A stretch of 64,000 nt of DNA from Octopus sinensis (taxonomy: Eukaryota), in contig NC_043001.1 of assembly GCF_006345805.1 (NCBI RefSeq), forward strand, positions 40,176,001-40,240,000. Reading direction: 5' to 3'. The notes under the pieces are model-generated. The model was not told the origin of the DNA, did not search any database, and saw only the letters and a program-made list of their open reading frames with translations. The stretch's first letter is position 1, and every line of letters starts with the position of its first letter. Shown here one piece after another: positions 62,622 through 64,000 of the stretch. A program made the position numbers and the translations under genes.

Positions 62622-63365
62622 TATTAGGTTGTTCCAAAAATAATGGCTGCTCCAGGTGTTGTGTTTTGAAATGCAATTTTATTATAGTATCTTGATTATA
62701 TTTTAGGTGAATTTCGACATATTTAATAATTGATGTATGTTCTTTAATAATTTTCTACTTATTTCAGACAAAAAACATTCTTGAAGCATAGGTGCTCCTA
62801 ATAATGAACAATACAAAAAAGGACCTTTGCTTACTTTTCTTGCATGAGTTCAAGCTTGGGTACAATGCCTGCCGAACTGCTGCCAATATCAACAGAGCAT
62901 GGGGTGAGCAGTCCACAAGTAATCGCACAGTACAAAGGTGGTTTCAGAAATTCCATAGTGGTGATGAGAGCCTTGAAGATGAAGAAAGTAGAGGATAGCC
63001 ATGCAGTCTTGACAATGAACAATTGAAAGCAATTGTTGAACAAAACCCACGTCAAAGTGTTAGAGAAATGTCTCAGGCACTTGGTGTCAGTATTGCAATG
63101 GTCTCACACAATCTGCAGAAGATTGGCAAGTTGAAAAAGCTCTATAAATGGGTACTGTATGAGCTCAATGAAAATCAAAAAGTTTGGTGTTTTGAAGTGT
63201 GCTCAATGCTCTTTCTGCTAAACACCAATGATCCTTTTCATGACCAAATAGTTACTTGTGACGAAAAGAGGATCTTTTATGATAACTGTAAATGATCAGG
63301 TCAATAGCTTGATCGTGATAGTCCCCCAAACATTTCCCAAAACCAGAGTTACATTAGCAAAATAA
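62622..63365 (+). mobile_element. Mariner element, 5' TIR plus transposase pseudogene (3'-truncated)
   Basis: TIR tattaggttgttccaaaaataatgg; EFKLG...RTVQRWFQKFHSGDESLEDE; LKAIVEQNP...KWV..EL...IVTCDEK, with stops. Confidence 0.92.
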
Positions 63366-64000
63366 GAGGTAACTGCCTGCAAAGTAGAGTTTGGATATGG
63401 GAATGCAGGGTAGATATGTGGGCAGTGGAGTAGAAGGATGGGATTGAGTGAGCAGCAAATCTTAGACTTATATGTTACTGTGTATGTGTTTTTGCATGTA
63501 AAGTTGGATGCATTAAATTGCGCTGAAATCTTAGGCTAAATTGGTGGGGACAATTGATGGTGGAAGTTCTAACATTTATAATCTTGAAGCAGTGTGTGTG
63601 GATAACCAATCATGTATTTTTTTTTTATGTGAGCATGAATGGTAAACCATATATACATAAAGAGAAGGGGTAGAGGGGGGAGAGGAGGAGGGAGAGAAGG
63701 AGAGAGGTGGAGAGGGAGAGGGAGAGAGAGGGTGAGAGAGAAATGATAGCAACAGTAAAGAAACTGGGGAACTGAGATTTTCACAAGTGTTTATATGAAG
63801 ACTTCTAAAACTTAATATTCTAATATTATAATACATTATTAAAATTCCAGATGATGGAAAATAATTTATCTTTGTGCAGTTTCATATTTAAATTTGTATA
63901 TATTGATATCAAATCATTTTTACTAAAGTGCCCTCCCAATATTTGATACAATAGCAAGAGACAATTATATTTCACACAAAATAATAAACAGTTTATATTG

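Overview
AT-rich eukaryotic (metazoan) DNA with no recognisable host exon, rRNA or true tRNA gene. It is almost entirely nested transposable-element debris and microsatellites. The repeat repertoire (tRNA-headed SINEs with internal microsatellites, RTE LINE 3' ends with (GAT)n tails, Helitrons, mariners, Penelope-like elements, Gypsy LTR elements) looks like an octopus/coleoid cephalopod genome; this is inferred from recalled repeat families, not from a search. CpG decay in the repeats suggests a methylated region, possibly one long intron. Clear elements: a rearranged Gypsy (244-2087), a young CR1 3' end (3813-4480), Helitrons (7041-7953, 51461-52307, a RepHel relic split by a Gypsy at 20700-24420, a 3' end at 62283), a Penelope-like RT/GIY-YIG element (16790-18478), two internally deleted Gypsy elements with paired LTRs (21801-24145, 27799-30272), a decayed Gypsy (10100-13560), several mariner relics, and many SINE and RTE pieces. 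I found no convincing new multi-gene system. The most interesting signals are structural: an LTR with ~91-bp terminal inverted repeats, LTR lengthening by repeated PBS-like copies, a modular double-hairpin array in the RTE 3' UTR, RTE tails sitting in (TA)n tracts, long palindromic MITEs, and a decayed hammerhead-like motif at the Penelope 3' end. Most ORFs in the supplied track are microsatellite or antisense artefacts. Boundaries of degenerate repeats are approximate.
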